Shown here: in pieces, positions 36,866-49,899 of the stretch
How the letters are laid out: every line of letters starts with the position of its first letter
Position numbering within the stretch: position 1 is the first letter of the stretch
Source of the DNA: Octopus bimaculoides
Lineage: Eukaryota
Direction of reading: 5' to 3'
Assembly: GCF_001194135.2 (NCBI RefSeq)
Contig: NC_068990.1
Span: 87,692,844 to 87,754,483 of the forward strand
DNA length: 61,640 nucleotides
The notes under the pieces: model-generated
Told to the model about the DNA's origin: nothing
The model's input: only the letters and a program-made list of their open reading frames with translations
The model's database searches: none
Position numbers and translations under genes: made by a program

Positions 36866-37744
36866 CAACTCAGTCGTTATCTTGTATTTGTTCATACAAA
36901 GAAGATGACTCTTTCTAACAGATCAGTGAACATGAGACTGGAGGCTCAACGAACGTGCCTGAACGTGATCATCTGACCTTCAAAAAATAGATACCAAATC
37001 TTCCTCAGATGACACCTACCGCCTTAAATCAGGATGTCCTTAATTTAGATACCGTTAAATTATATGTTTGCTCGATCAAACTAATCTAAGTCTAAACAAC
37101 AACAAAATCCCTTTAAAAACAATTCAGTTCTCTCCAGGCATATACCGAAAGATCTCATATATAAAATATATTCAGTTGTATAATTTCGACCCATTGAGAG
37201 TACCCAAGTAATTAATGTACAAAACCTCCCTCCAGAAGTGTTTAATCCTTTTGTTACTATATTTTTATTGAAATACGCTACGTTTGTTTCTATTGATTCT
37301 GAAAATAAAGGAATTTAAGAAAATAAACATGAACGTCAACTAACTTTAAATTTTGATTGACGGTTATATTTTACATTGGTTTAAAAGAAGTTCGTATCTT
37401 AGGGTAAGGAGCAGTCTCGGGTGGGTTGGCATGAAAAGGGTTAGAATGAAAAACCAAACGAGATAACACCGAACTATATAAATAATACAGATTGTTCTTT
37501 AAAATCAACTGATGAAAGTAAAAGACGTTTCGGATTTGTTTCATCAGACAGTTACCAAATCCAAGCAATAAACATATTTATACGGTGTTGTTCAATGTTT
37601 CTCAGCAGGGGTTCACACGGCCCTTGGGGTTCACATGGTACTTGGTTGTCTATATAAGATTTTCGTGTTAAAATTTATCAGCAATAAATTGCGTATTCCT
37701 TTACAGTACACAAAATATTTTCATTTTGTTTTTGCAATTTATAT

Positions 37745-37880
37745 ATATATATATATAACGCAGGATGTGTGTCTGTCTGTGTGTTTGTCATGTCGTTAAA
37801 ACTCGAGATCCACCCAACCCACTTTAATAAAATTTTATACAAGCATTACATGGGGTCCATTGAGTGTCTAAACTAAAATG
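37745..37880 (+). mobile_element. Possible non-autonomous Helitron 5' end
   Basis: TATATATAACGCAGGATGTGTGTCTGTCTGTGTGTTTGTC...AACTCGAGATCCACCCAACCCACTTTAATAAAATTTTATAC follows the same layout as 11470-11555 (-). Confidence 0.4.
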
Positions 37881-39544
37881 TTCAAAGTGTGTTTCCTTTT
37901 AGACCAGAAGGTGTGAATCAACAGCTGTTTAGCTGCTATTTCTAGTCAGTCATGTGACTGCGTAAGGGCTCCCACATTGGTTCGGGTACAATATTGACTT
38001 CAGATATAACAATATCAATTATCGATTCTAAAATATTTCTTCTGTTACTCAGGCAAGAACCACAATATCAGGTTTTCTGTGCTCGATTATCTGGATTGTT
38101 TGGGTGCTTAAATTCCCAAAAGATTTTTCCGTCTTCGTTTTATCGTACTCTCTCCATCTCATACTTCACATAGCTTTAAAATCTATATTCCTATATCTTC
38201 GATACTGAACACAATGCATATTGAAGCATAGTTTATCGTGACGCCATTTGTAATCTTCCTGAACTAGAATTTTGTGGCCGCTATCCCAGTTGATAAGATT
38301 TGTCTGTCTTTTCTGTGGAAAGAGGACATTGATTGGAGCAGGGAGGATAAACTTTCATATTTAAATGTCAGTTTGGAATTAAATACCATATAATAAGGCC
38401 GCATTAAGGGAAATTTATTAGCAATACAGGAAAAAATTTTATTATATTTATTGTGAAAATGTGATTATAAACGTTAAAGAAATACTAATATACTCTTGTT
38501 CTTAAATTATCACACACACACACGTGCGTGCGTATTCAATATAGAATCTATATATTCATATATATATAAATATATATATATAGATATATAGATATATGAA
38601 TATATAGACTTTAGATTCCATAGATTTCATCTCTCTCTCTGTCTCTCTTTCTCTATCTATCTATCTGTCTATATATATATATATATATACATATGTCTGT
38701 GTGTGTGTGAGTGTGCATGTGTGCTCGCGCGCGCGTGTGTGTATATAAAATTTATACATATGTGTATACATACACACACAGACACACACACTCCACACAC
38801 TCGCACATTGGAATCCACAAAAATACATTCCTTAATGCAAATTTAGGCTTCTTCCTGAATGCTGCACTCAACAGGTTTCAAAAGCCATACGTTCATTATC
38901 TGTAGGTTTGTATCCTCGTACCCGAGTTGTGACTGAACGATTAAATTTAATTCAAATTTTATATTTCCTGATCGAATCAATGTCCCATAATTTCGCTCCT
39001 GTACATTCGAAGATTTTTATTTTTTTATTCATCCATAAAATACTCCAACATAACGTATTCTACAAATACCCTTAGCATGTGCTGTGTAATTCATTCATAA
39101 AACATCCCAGCATAATTCCTCTCTCCAGTGTTCAGGATTCTGACACTGGATTGAATCCGAATTTTCGACGCGTTCTAGCAACTGAGAGTTCACCATTCAC
39201 ACTTTCATCATGCTTTTGATCATGTGTGCTTGATCAGAGCTTATCTGCAGCGAAACAACATCAACCGATACAAGAGCAACATCATAAGTAACAGATATCC
39301 TATATCGATTCTAGGCTTGTGCAAACTTATGAACATGACTTCTTTTGTAAATGCTTTAATCTAAAAAAAATTGTGGTGGAACATATATTGGTGTCTTAGA
39401 AGAGGGAACTTTGTTCGGAGTTAAACACATGTAATGATTATTGTTAGATTGATTTCTATCTTTCATAGCTTCCGTGGTCCATCATTGAAGTACCAGTGAC
39501 GTAGATTAACGATTTAAATTTAATACATTTCACCAGTGCAGGTA

Positions 39545-39690
39545 CAGAATGGACGAATGGTTTAAAAGTTTGTTTCGCAACTACGAGATCCCAGGTTCGT
39601 TCCAACGTTATGGTATCTTGGGGAAGCATCATTTTCATAAGCAGATGGGCAGATGGAATTGTATAGAAGCCTCCGGGTAGATCGTAATTC
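39545..39690 (+). mobile_element. Old degenerate SINE family A
   Basis: TTCGCAACTACGAGATCCCAGGTTCGTTCCAAC...ATCTTGGGGAAGCATC...GGAATTGTATAGAAGCC. Confidence 0.5.
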
Positions 39691-39809
39691 AAATGTGTAT
39701 CATTGCCACACACACACACAGTATCATACTGATTCTACCTAAGAAGTACGTGTGCGTGGAACGCTCATCCACTTACGCATTAATTTAGGAGCAGATAATT
39801 TATTTGTAT

Positions 39810-42730
39810 GTATAGATAATTTCTCCATTTTTTTCAAAGATACATTATGGCCTGTAGGGACGAATACTTCCATAAGGTGGTCCTCCTTTTCTTGGTGACC
39901 CTTGACAACAGCGTCTGGAGGATAGTAATAATAAAAATGATAATAATGACAAGGTCTCAAAAAATGACAAAGCAACCATTTAGAATCTACACCAATTTTT
40001 AAGACATTGGTTTAGCTTTTCTGATAAATAAACTTTGACCACTTGCTGCCAATATACATCCTTCCATCTGTGATCCAATCTTAAACTTCACAGTTGTTAA
40101 TGGGTTAGTTTCTGATTTAGATTAGCATCTTTGTTTCAGAATATATACTATCTATACAGAGGTATTCGACTTCATTGATACTCTCGTAACTGTTTTTAGC
40201 CTGTGTTTTCTGCTAGCTGTTAGATACTTTTAACCTGCTTAGTGGTAGTTTCTTCTAATTGATCATTTCTTGTAAGATTCTCACTGAGTTCTGTGGTGAA
40301 TTTACTACATTCCTTAGTAAGCGAGTGACACTTTTTGCATATTTTGTGGCCAAGAACCTGTTGCAACATCCAGTCTTCTCTGGTTTCCACGTATCTAAAT
40401 AATCCTTTTGTGGTTTTATATCACACTTCACATTCCATTGATCCCCCTATAACACCTTGCTTCTTTGCAGGCACATACGATCACTAGGGGTATAACATTT
40501 GGTTGAACATTATTATTATGAACATGAGGTATGTGCAGGGACTTTCCTACAACTCTATTTTTTTTTCATCTGAAATTTTTCATCTGAAATTCCCGCGAGG
40601 ATTATAGTTGACTATGTCCACCTTAGTATGTAATATTACTGACGTCAAGAGAATAATAGACAAAACTGACCACAGTGGTATTTGAACTCAGAATGTAAAG
40701 GGTCATAAATGAAAATATTAAGACCCTTTGTTCGACGCTTTAAAGATTCTGCGATATCCATTGCCCTTATTGTATTGCAAATACTCTGCAGACTGTGTGC
40801 GCGTTGTCCAGTAATGTTATTTTCTCTGTGGTGAACATATTTACAAGTCCCACTGTTTTGGTTGTAATGTTATTTAATTATTTCCAGTTTATATCTTATA
40901 CTATTTGTTTTAATTTTCCATCATTCCTTGAAAGAAAATGTTTACTGTCTTTCAATGGATAGTTTATAATAGTTTAGCTGCATAAGGCCCAGATACTCGC
41001 GCAGTCGCGGTCAATGGGCGGGTCAAGTGTCATCACTAGCTCTGTCAGTATCTTATTACGAAGATATCTCTGTATCTTATGTATCCCTGTGAAATATTTT
41101 AATCAGAAGTTTGGGATTCTGTCAAGTCTTGGTACCAGCCACTTGTTTGATGGTTTAATTTTATTATTTTGGGGTTGGGAGGTTGGGTTGCAATACCAGG
41201 ATACTTCGTTGTCGAATTTTGGTTGATTTATTCTAAGTGCAGTCATTATATAACGATGCTAGTTTGTTTAGCACCCAATATCAGAATATAATCCTTATAA
41301 GGTATCGACAGCATTACCTTTTCTGTTTTAAGTTCTGTTTTAAGTATTAATCTAATGCATTTTTAATATCTCCCTTTCTATCCTTTTCTTTCATTTTTGT
41401 GCCCTGTACAATGTTTAATTCATTGATTCCTAAGTATTTGTATCTCAGCATTTGGTGTAATTCTCATATCTTTGAATCTTTATCTCGCAAGCATGATATA
41501 TTAGTGATTTTAATTAATTTTCTTCTCTTCATGGTTGCTCTGGCGAACTTTTCTAACTCGAATCTTTAAGCAATTACTCTAGTAAATCCACTTATGGCCA
41601 GCAGTAGTGCTTCTGTTTGTTTATCATCTTCATCCTAGAACTTGAGATCGTTTACATACAAAAGACGGCTGATTGTCATACCATAACATTCACATTCGAG
41701 TCGAGTCCTATTTAACATGTTGGCTATGTTCGCACTAAACAGAAGAGAAATGGAGATTGTAAGTAGCCTTGGAATAATCTTCTTCCAAGAAGATGGACTT
41801 AGTTTTTCTTTTCTTTTTTTTTTCCTTTTGTTGTTTCTGCAGGATTGCATACCATTTACTCATAAAGGGCTTAATGTATCCATTTATTATTAGTGTTAAG
41901 TTACTCATAGCTAATGTCCGTTTTGGATCTACGTGTGGAAACCTTATCAAAAGCTTTCTGGCCGTCAATCCATGCTACTTTGAGAAACCATCTTTCTCCT
42001 TCTACATTCTTTCTTAATAGTTTTGTTGATCTGTTCTTTACAGCTATATGAACTTTTGCAGCATTCATTCTTTGCTGGAAACAGATTTCTTTCTATAAAT
42101 GTCTGTTTATTCTTTGTGATATTATTTTAGTTAATATCTGTAATGTGCAGGAAGGCAGATTATGAGCAGTTAGATTTAGTGCTTCAATAACTTCGGGCGA
42201 TTAATGTGTTTTTTCTCCCGTTCTCAATGTACCAGTCAGGTGTCGTCGGCTCTATCAGCGTTTTATTGAATATCTCTACCAGCACTTTATGTACACTTGT
42301 TAAATAATCTATCCAGAAGTTTGAGATACTGTCATGTTCTAATGTGTTCCAGGTTCTTTAGTTTTATCTTCTTTAAAAAAATTAGTCCTTCTTTACTGTA
42401 TCTAGGCTATTTCTTGTAGCGTTCTGACTTTGCATGACTGTACAGAGGTTGTGTTCATTGTTTTGAATAATCCCGCCCTTGGTCATTTTTTTCTGTCCAC
42501 GAATTCTTAACATTTTCGAACTGTTAATGCTGGTAACTTCATAAAACCGCTCTGGATTGGTACCGGATTGTTTTGTTTAAAGAATCATAGTCGTTTTCTA
42601 TGCCAACAACTTCTCTCTGGTTTAGTAGGATCACCATTTTCAAGTGTCCTTGATTTCGCATACCTCGTTTTTGTTAAGTTATGCTGAGATTTGAGGAGAC
42701 TTGTCACCAGACCTCAAAATAAAATACAAA
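39810..42730 (-). mobile_element. R4/Dong-clade non-LTR retrotransposon, 5'-truncated and decayed, with RT, CCHC and RLE; split by an insertion at about 40520-41215
   Basis: In order on minus: NPVPIQSGFM (NQKRFY-like), NFWIDYLTSVHKVL, KLLIRFPHV (KAFD.VPH), SLLFSANIANMLNRT...ISRLLYVNDLK (HLLYMDDLK), YKTTKGLFRYVETREDWMLQQVLGH, MEGCILAASGQSL, KNGVDSKW.LCH..ETL, PPDAVVKGHQEKEDHLMEVFVPTGHNVSLKKMEKLS. Confidence 0.88.
40655..40775 (-). mobile_element. Degenerate SINE family D inside the R4/Dong insertion
   Basis: AAAACTGACCACAGTGGTATTTGAACTCAGAATGTAAAG...TTTGTTCGACGCTTTAAAGATTCTGC. Confidence 0.65.
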
Positions 42731-42749
42731 ACTTAGCATACACTAGATT

Positions 42750-42761
42750 ATCATCATCATC

Positions 42762-42814
<53 letters not shown>

Positions 42815-43065
42815 TTGTTGTCAGCTGGGCATGCTATGTCCTGAGCATGCTATGTCCTATGTCTTGCTTTGAGTCCTGAGCATCTCAGCCGTTGTTGGGA
42901 TTTTGCTTTGTCTATCACTTTTCTGTTCAGCTTAATCCAATATTTTTATTATCATTATTATTATTATTATCGTTGTTGTTGTTGTTGTTGTTGCTGTTGT
43001 TGTTGTTGTTGTTGTTGTTATCATTATTATTATTATTATTATTATCGCCATCATCATCATCATTA
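42750..43065. repeat. (CAT)n-(TAA)n, then (TTA)n-(GTT)n-(TTA)n-(CAT)n
   Basis: Visible; first run lies next to the 5' junction of the R4/Dong copy. Confidence 0.93.
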
Positions 43066-43589
43066 ATGCTAACTTTGGATTTAATGATACGGATGTTATT
43101 TGTGCAGTTTCTCGTGTTTGTGTCGATATAGCTGGATCAGTCTCGTGTTGATATGAACCGTGCTCTGGCAGTTTGTTTACACATGGTACCAGATCGCCGA
43201 ATTGTCTGAATATTTGTAATACATTAATTATATGAAGTAATGATCAATAGATTTCACAGCTATTACTTATACAGTTATTCTCCAACATTTTCACCATTTC
43301 TTCCATTTGACTCATTGCTTTTAATCGTTTTATTGGATATTTTACAGAGCAAACACACGGTATTCTCTCATATAATCGTCCCTGGATATTACAATAACCA
43401 TTACTTTTCAGTACAGTTATTTTTATTACGTGTTTTCTTTACACTATCGAGCACAGTTTTGTGGATGTTTCATATGTGTAGTGTTTTGTTTTGACTTTGT
43501 ATTTTCAATTATATCATCAGTACACTTTGTAAACATGTATGCCGTATCTAGTCGTCTTACTTTTGTATTTTTATATTATCAGATGCATA

Positions 43590-43670
43590 GAAGCGGTGAG
43601 CTGGCAGAATCCTTCGTGCGTTGGACGATTGTGATCAAGTCATTATCATGTACCATGTTTGTTCTGAACG
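43590..43670 (+). mobile_element. SINE family D head fragment
   Basis: GAAGCGGTGAGCTGGCAGAATCCTTCGTGCGTTGGACG matches the head of 16594-16757. Confidence 0.7.
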
Positions 43671-45499
43671 TGTGCACTACACAGCGTCTGTTTCTCTGCT
43701 GGACAGTGACTGAATGGAGTAAGTATATACTGAATAGGTTGTGTCATATTATTAGGTCGAAAATGTGAAGAATGTACGCTGCCTGAGTTTTTGGTGTAAC
43801 GGTGTAAATCGAAAGCTATGACCACTGTGAATACAACAAACTGGATAAGACTACCGGCTTCCCTATGTTAATAACCTTGGACTTGCAATGAGTGGGTAAC
43901 CAGAAATATGCAGTTATTTATCTCATTTTATATGTTGCATATTCTGTATTCCTTTTAGTATTCTTTCTTTGTCTACTTTTGTAATCATTTCGGGTTAAGC
44001 ATTTCATACGCAATAAAAATGGGATTTTTACTTCGCTAGCATTTAACTCAAAGTTTTTAAACCGCTCTTGTCATTCACTGTATTATTTCCTCTTTTGCAA
44101 GTATTTCAGAATATTGGTCATGGAATCGTTCTTTTACTCTATTTTTCTTTAGTTATTTTGAAATTCCGTTTTGATTTTATTTTCAATTTTTAAAAAAATT
44201 TCTGTTATTTTCTCTTTTGCTAAATCTTTTTTCTGCAGTTTAGTTGTCTTCCGTTTTGTTTGATTGTTTCTTTAAATACAGAGAGAGAGAAAAATGTTTA
44301 TTTTTGTTTTTTTAATGTTTCTTGTTAATTTTTTTTTTTTAAATCAAATCCCCATTTGCTTGTTTCTATTTTTTTGGGGGGGTTCCTACGTTATTATTTT
44401 GTTGTAGTTTTATATTTGTATCGGTTTCTAAGATTTGAGTTTGTAAATTAGGAATTCTGTTGGTTATTTCCTAGTTTTTTCTGTGTGATCTCGCACTTAA
44501 CTTTCAATTTATGTTGAAAACTATAGTTTATACCTGGGAAATGCTAGTGCACTATTTATACCTATTATCTTACTTCTAATTATTTTCTAGGTATTTCAAG
44601 TTAAATATTAGCTTGGCCATTCGTCCGTACTTTTTAATATTTTTTCTTTCATTTCTGTATGTTGCACCGCATCAGTTTCATCCATTCCTATATATCTGGA
44701 TTGGTGGTTCTCGTCTAATTCTCTAATTTCATGCTTACCATCTTAAATAATTTACCACTTTTCATAACTTTAACACATTAATCTAAAGCCATACTTATTT
44801 GTATGTCATGTCTGATTTTATAAACAATTTTTATAGTAGTAGTATCTGCGCTGCCAGTGACGCTAGTGCCAAGTTGTTTTGGCCTTAGTCGGTGGCCATT
44901 CCCTTGGATAGACTTCAATGGTGTGGACAGGACAGATTTGCATGCATGGTCAAGTGACAATCTTTCTCAAAAATCTTTTCCAATCTTGCACAAACATGTG
45001 CACATAGCTCCCCCTCTCTCTCTCTATCGCTTTATTCAAGTAGATATATATATGTGTGCATACACGCGTGCGCACGCGTATATATTATTTATATACATAC
45101 GTGTGTGTGAATTTACATCCATTGATATTTTAAGCACTGATCAAAAATGTTATGCAACGTCTTTGCTTTTATATATATANNNNNNNNNNNNNNNNNNNNN
45201 NNNNNNNNNNNNNNNNNNNNNNNNNNNNNNNNNNNNNNNNNNNNNNNNNNNNNNNNNNNNNNNNNNNNNNNNNNNNNNNNNNNNNNNNNNNNNNNNNNNN
45301 NNNNNNNNNNNNNNNNNNNGATTCTGTTTTACTATATGCATGAATTGACTCCGGTAGCAAATAAATTGAAAGATAATTCATCATCGTCATCATCATTGTC
45401 ATCCTCCTCCTCCTCCTCATCATCATCATCATCATCATATGTGGCCTTGTTCCAGAATGGGAGATCAATATCCAAGAAAGTTAGACGGAACTGCTCACA

Positions 45500-45760
45500 A
45501 TGTCCTCCACAGCTCGAATGATTTCCATAGTTGTTCCACTATGTTCATCAACTAAATGATTTACCATTACTTCCGGTTTCTTCGGAATATTCTTTAGAGC
45601 AATGTCTTTGCTAACGTTATTTAGTTCATCTTTCATTGTTTGAATTTCCGCTGGGTTTTCCGATACCAGAAAGGATATCCTCTGAAAATCAAAGGTGATT
45701 AATGTATTTCTTGTTAAATGTTGATACTTCTTTTGTCTTGTCAACTGTGTTTCTTAGAGA
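45500..45760 (-). mobile_element. RTE-clade LINE reverse transcriptase fragment
   Basis: KKYINHL*FSEDI (cf. YLNHLRFADDI; CGA>TGA), then after a frameshift LVSENPAEIQTMKDELNNVSKDIALKNIPKKPEVMVN (cf. ELQTM..ELN..SK..GLK.N.KKTKVM.N). Confidence 0.85.
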
Positions 45761-45823
45761 CTACTTCTTGGCACGCAGCAAAAATCTTATATATGTATAC
45801 AAATATATTTCCATGTGTATATT

Positions 45824-45863
<40 letters not shown>

Positions 45864-45949
45864 NNNNNNNNNNNNNNNNNNNNNNNNNNNNNNNNNNNNN
45901 NNNNNNNNNNNNNNNNNNNNNNNNNNNNNNNNNNNNNNNNNNNNNNNNN

Positions 45950-45983
<34 letters not shown>

Positions 45984-46249
45984 TATATGTGTGTATATAT
46001 ATGTAACTACATACATACAAACGCATATATATATATGTGCATACTCACACATATACAGAGTGAGAAACAGACAGGCAGACAGAGACAGAGATAGAGAGAG
46101 AGTTTATGTGTGTATGCTTTTCTGTACTTGGGTATTTAAATATATGTCTTTAAACAAAATGTTGAAACGAAATGTTAACGCTACAAATAGATTACAACAT
46201 ACAGCCGTCAGATCAAACTGTTTGCAAAATCAATCTTATTAATAACACA

Positions 46250-46900
46250 AATATGGTATCGAATCAGAGCAAAGAAAATTTCTTCACCAACCTTCTTATA
46301 ATGAAAGCATTACAGAGCATCTTTCATTTATACTTTGAAAGGGTTGAAACATCTCACTTGCAGTACCTTTTAGTTTCGTGGTTTAAAATTATTTCTCTGT
46401 GATACCTAACTGAAATTATGAGAATCACTAAGTGGAAGAATTTATAGACCTTGTGGTAATATATGCTAAGGCAAAATTCCAGTTTTCGATGAGTGATGGC
46501 ACAGAAGTTTATGTTAGAAAATATATTACCACTCACATTCTTTCTCATTTAGAAACTGCTGGTCAACTGTACCATGTATGCTGTTAGAGTTGCTGTAAGC
46601 CATTTGTACCAGTGAAGTCTCCATTTGAAGCCCGAAGATAGCGTTGCCATAGGTTCTCCACTTGGCCTGACATACACTATTTTCTGCTCGTTCTACTAAA
46701 ATATGTTGCATGCTGCAAATGAGTCTGAGAAAATACAGTAGACATCACTTAAAAAATAATTTCTAAATTCAACGCAAATTTTGAGGGAGCAATGTCTAAG
46801 TTTCAACTCCAGTGTTTTATTAATACATATTTTATAGGCCCCAGAATGAAAATAGGCAAAATCGATCCTGGCTTTCTTTGATCCTATATCATAAAGCAAT
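46250..46900 (+). mobile_element. Probable Penelope-like RT relic (second type)
   Basis: DSVAIGSPLGLT at about 46637-46672 (cf. DGVAMGSPLGP), preceded by CTSEV and a degenerate FDV.SLFTNIPL.ET-like block; many indels. Confidence 0.5.
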
Positions 46901-47249
46901 TATTGTGTCATTCTGCAACCAATTGACTTCTTAAATATGGACATGTAGTTTTTCCGTAAAGTCACAACTTAACTGTACGGTTGACGTTAACGAACCATGA
47001 TATGACTGTTACTTTTGGCTTCGGGAAACGGAGAGGGAAATTTTGATTTTGTGAAATTTGAACTTAGCTTATAAAGAAATATAACAAAGTATTATAAGTG
47101 ATTTATTTCGGATCTTTATCTCTGGTGTCTCAGCCCCATTCAACACTCTATGCATGTTAACATGAACACGTATATCGGCAACAATAAACTATATCATAAA
47201 TTATATCACTCACATCCGTTTACATAGAAAAGCACTTCTAAGTTGTTGA

Positions 47250-47420
47250 GATCGGATCATCCCTGATCAAGAAGACATAAGGCGTTCCAAGAATGATAAT
47301 CTTGTCTTTTTACTTATCTTGGATTATACTATCTTCGTTTAAAACTGGAATGTGTGATTTCAGGAAGATCTATCTGCTATTTCTAGTAGGCCAAGCAACT
47401 GCACGAAGGTGTCTTCATTG
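47250..47420 (+). mobile_element. Interspersed short repeat, family E
   Basis: GGATCATCCCTGATCAAG...GTGTGATTTCAGGAAGATCTATCTGCTATTTCTAGTAGGCCAAGCAACTG. Confidence 0.6.
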
Positions 47421-48819
47421 GTTCAATATCAAATAACTTTATATGAATGATGTAAGTTGGTGTACTTACACAGATCAAATCTATTTATTAAAGATCTACT
47501 TTGGTATACTTTCGAGGTTTCCATTCACAAATATGTCCTTCCCACCATCACCATCACCACCACCATAGTGTATTTTGTATATGATTAAGCAATCCTTACT
47601 AGTTTCGTAATAGCTACTCTGAATCGTTAATAGATAAATATAATACCATATTTTAAAATTAACATTTCCAAGATTTTAAAACCAATTACTCCACTACTAA
47701 AAAGACTGGAGAAAATATACTAAATTTATTATCTAAGAAAAGCACACGAAAAATTAAATTAATAGCATCGTAAATTTAATGATAAAATACATTACCTCAC
47801 ACAATAAGTCTAGACATAAGGTCTCTCTCGTTGTATGCTACAAAAACAAAGCCACGAAAGATACTATAATGAACGACTAATGCAACACCCCCCCCAAAAA
47901 AAAATGTAAACAACAAATGTGAATATACCGTTATCAATGACGTTAATAGAGAACTTCTATCATGTAAAAATATTTTATTTAGGTCATACTAGCATCACAC
48001 CTTCGCAAAAACCGTCTATGCACCTGCAGTTAACAAAATTCGAATCAATGCTGTGATCAGGTTTGTGTGTGTGTGCGTGCGTGTGTGTATGTGTGTGTGT
48101 GTGTTTGTGTGTGCGTGCGCGCGCATTGTGTGTACATACGTGCATGCATAACTTAGTTTTGGCCATTATTAACTTGGTCATATCTCACTTAATAGCGTCA
48201 CTTGGTGTAATTTTTTAAACCATGTTTTAGGACACAATAGCCTACTTGAGTAGGAAGGTGGTGCTTCCTGAAATGTATCGTTGATTTACCTGATATTTCT
48301 CGGAAGAATCTGTCCAGGTGTTGCTTGAATGCTGTAGTCCTTTTTCTTTATTTTGACTTCTTTCGGAAATATGTTGAATAAGACAGGACAACTAATGTAA
48401 AAAAAAAAAGTTGTATCGCAATGTTATGTGGTGCGTCCTCAGTTTTTGTTGGGGTCGTATGGCAGGAAGACCAAACATCGAGTGACTTTGATACCGGCAT
48501 CGTTTGGATAGTACTGGTGGAGTATATTCCACATTGTGAAAAGGATGTAACATTTACAGTGGCATTGGAGAAAATAAAATTTGAGCTTTTTGAAACGATC
48601 CCAATAGTCAAAGACTGTCATGCCGTTTATTTATCGTGAATTGATCTCTGGGGTGCTTATATTTTCATGGTATTCTGCTTAGTATAGGATGACTACAGTA
48701 GGTAGCAATATTCTGGCAAACATAGAGAAGGGCGATAGTGTCATGGCCTCTGGATAGTGTCATCGTCTCTGAGTATCAATGAGCACATTCTGCAGGCCAT
48801 ATCGACTTTGATATCGACT

Positions 48820-48875
48820 TGTGTACTCGTTGGTTGAGACCATTTTGGAGCACTGCTGTCAAGATGGTTACAGCA
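48820..48875 (-). mobile_element. SINE family B 3' fragment
   Basis: GAGACCATTTTGGAGCACTGCTGTCAAG resembles GCGGCCATGCTGGGGCACCACCTTGAAG at about 16275. Confidence 0.4.
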
Positions 48876-49489
48876 ACTTGTTTTCCCAAAACGGCCACAC
48901 ATCTAATTACTAAGCAAGCACGACTCCCCTACGCTACGACTGTTTTTATTTTATTTATTTATTTTCAGCTTGCAATGACCGCACACTTGTATGCATTTAT
49001 AGATATATAATCTTATTCAGGTTTGTGAATTTGAGAACTCCGCTATGTAACCTTTGTAGAGAACTATAGAAATGCAGTTTTGTATCTTATATTTTATATT
49101 TTTGACCGTGTGATATCTCAAATTCATTTTACTGTCGGTGTGAATTTTTTTTACTGCACTTCATTGCGTGTTAAGCTTCATGTTAGGTTTCCTCTATTTA
49201 GCTGTTAGCAATGATTTTATATTAAGTTTTTTAATTCAATGAATATTTTATGGTGAGTACTATATGTTTGTCTAACGCTCTTCCTGTCAACTTTTGTTTA
49301 GTGCCATTTACTGTAGTAAGTTGCAGTCCAGTCTGTAATGCAGGTAAATTGATTTGGAAACCAGTTGCCAATAAAACTAGAAAGGAGTACTGGTGTGACA
49401 TTTAATGCAGTATAATGATTATTGACTTATAAATAAGCATACTTTTTTTTCAGTTTTGTACGACCAACACATTCCACTCTTTAGTCCAT

Positions 49490-49710
49490 GGACGTATTGT
49501 TACCTTCCCACTCGGGCTGCCCCTTCTCCTCGGAGCTAGATGAACTCTTTCTACCGACAATCAAAACTTACCCGATTCCCTCGTATCTTTTCGTTTCGTC
49601 AATAATATTGTGTCCACTACTCAAACCCCGCACTAACCACTACATTTAACCTGGACCGTCATCCTTCTAGAATTCTCACCCTGAGAAAAATTTTGCCGGC
49701 ATGTTATAAA
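49490..49710 (+). mobile_element. CR1/L2-group LINE 3' fragment, same family as 16940-17430
   Basis: Identical 14-mer GCACTAACCACTAC at 49630 and 17309; CTCCTCGGAGCTA encodes an SSEL-like block. Confidence 0.55.
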
Positions 49711-49899
49711 ACAAACTGAAGTGACAAATGTTTCTAAATTTTTAATATACTTACACACATATTCAGTTTTGAGCTGCAACTTTTTTATGTTATATATGCA
49801 GGAAAAAGTTCTTTACTCACTAACTTAGCGTTATTCAGACCGGATTATAAAATAATACCTCAAAAATACAGGTAGCTTTCCTTCGTCATATGCAAACAT

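Noticed and set aside
45481-45744. 87-aa ORF with TTTTCAG acceptor as a host exon
   Set aside because: Upstream bases read YINHL*FSEDI, a decayed RTE LNHLRFADDI motif; the segment is LINE RT.
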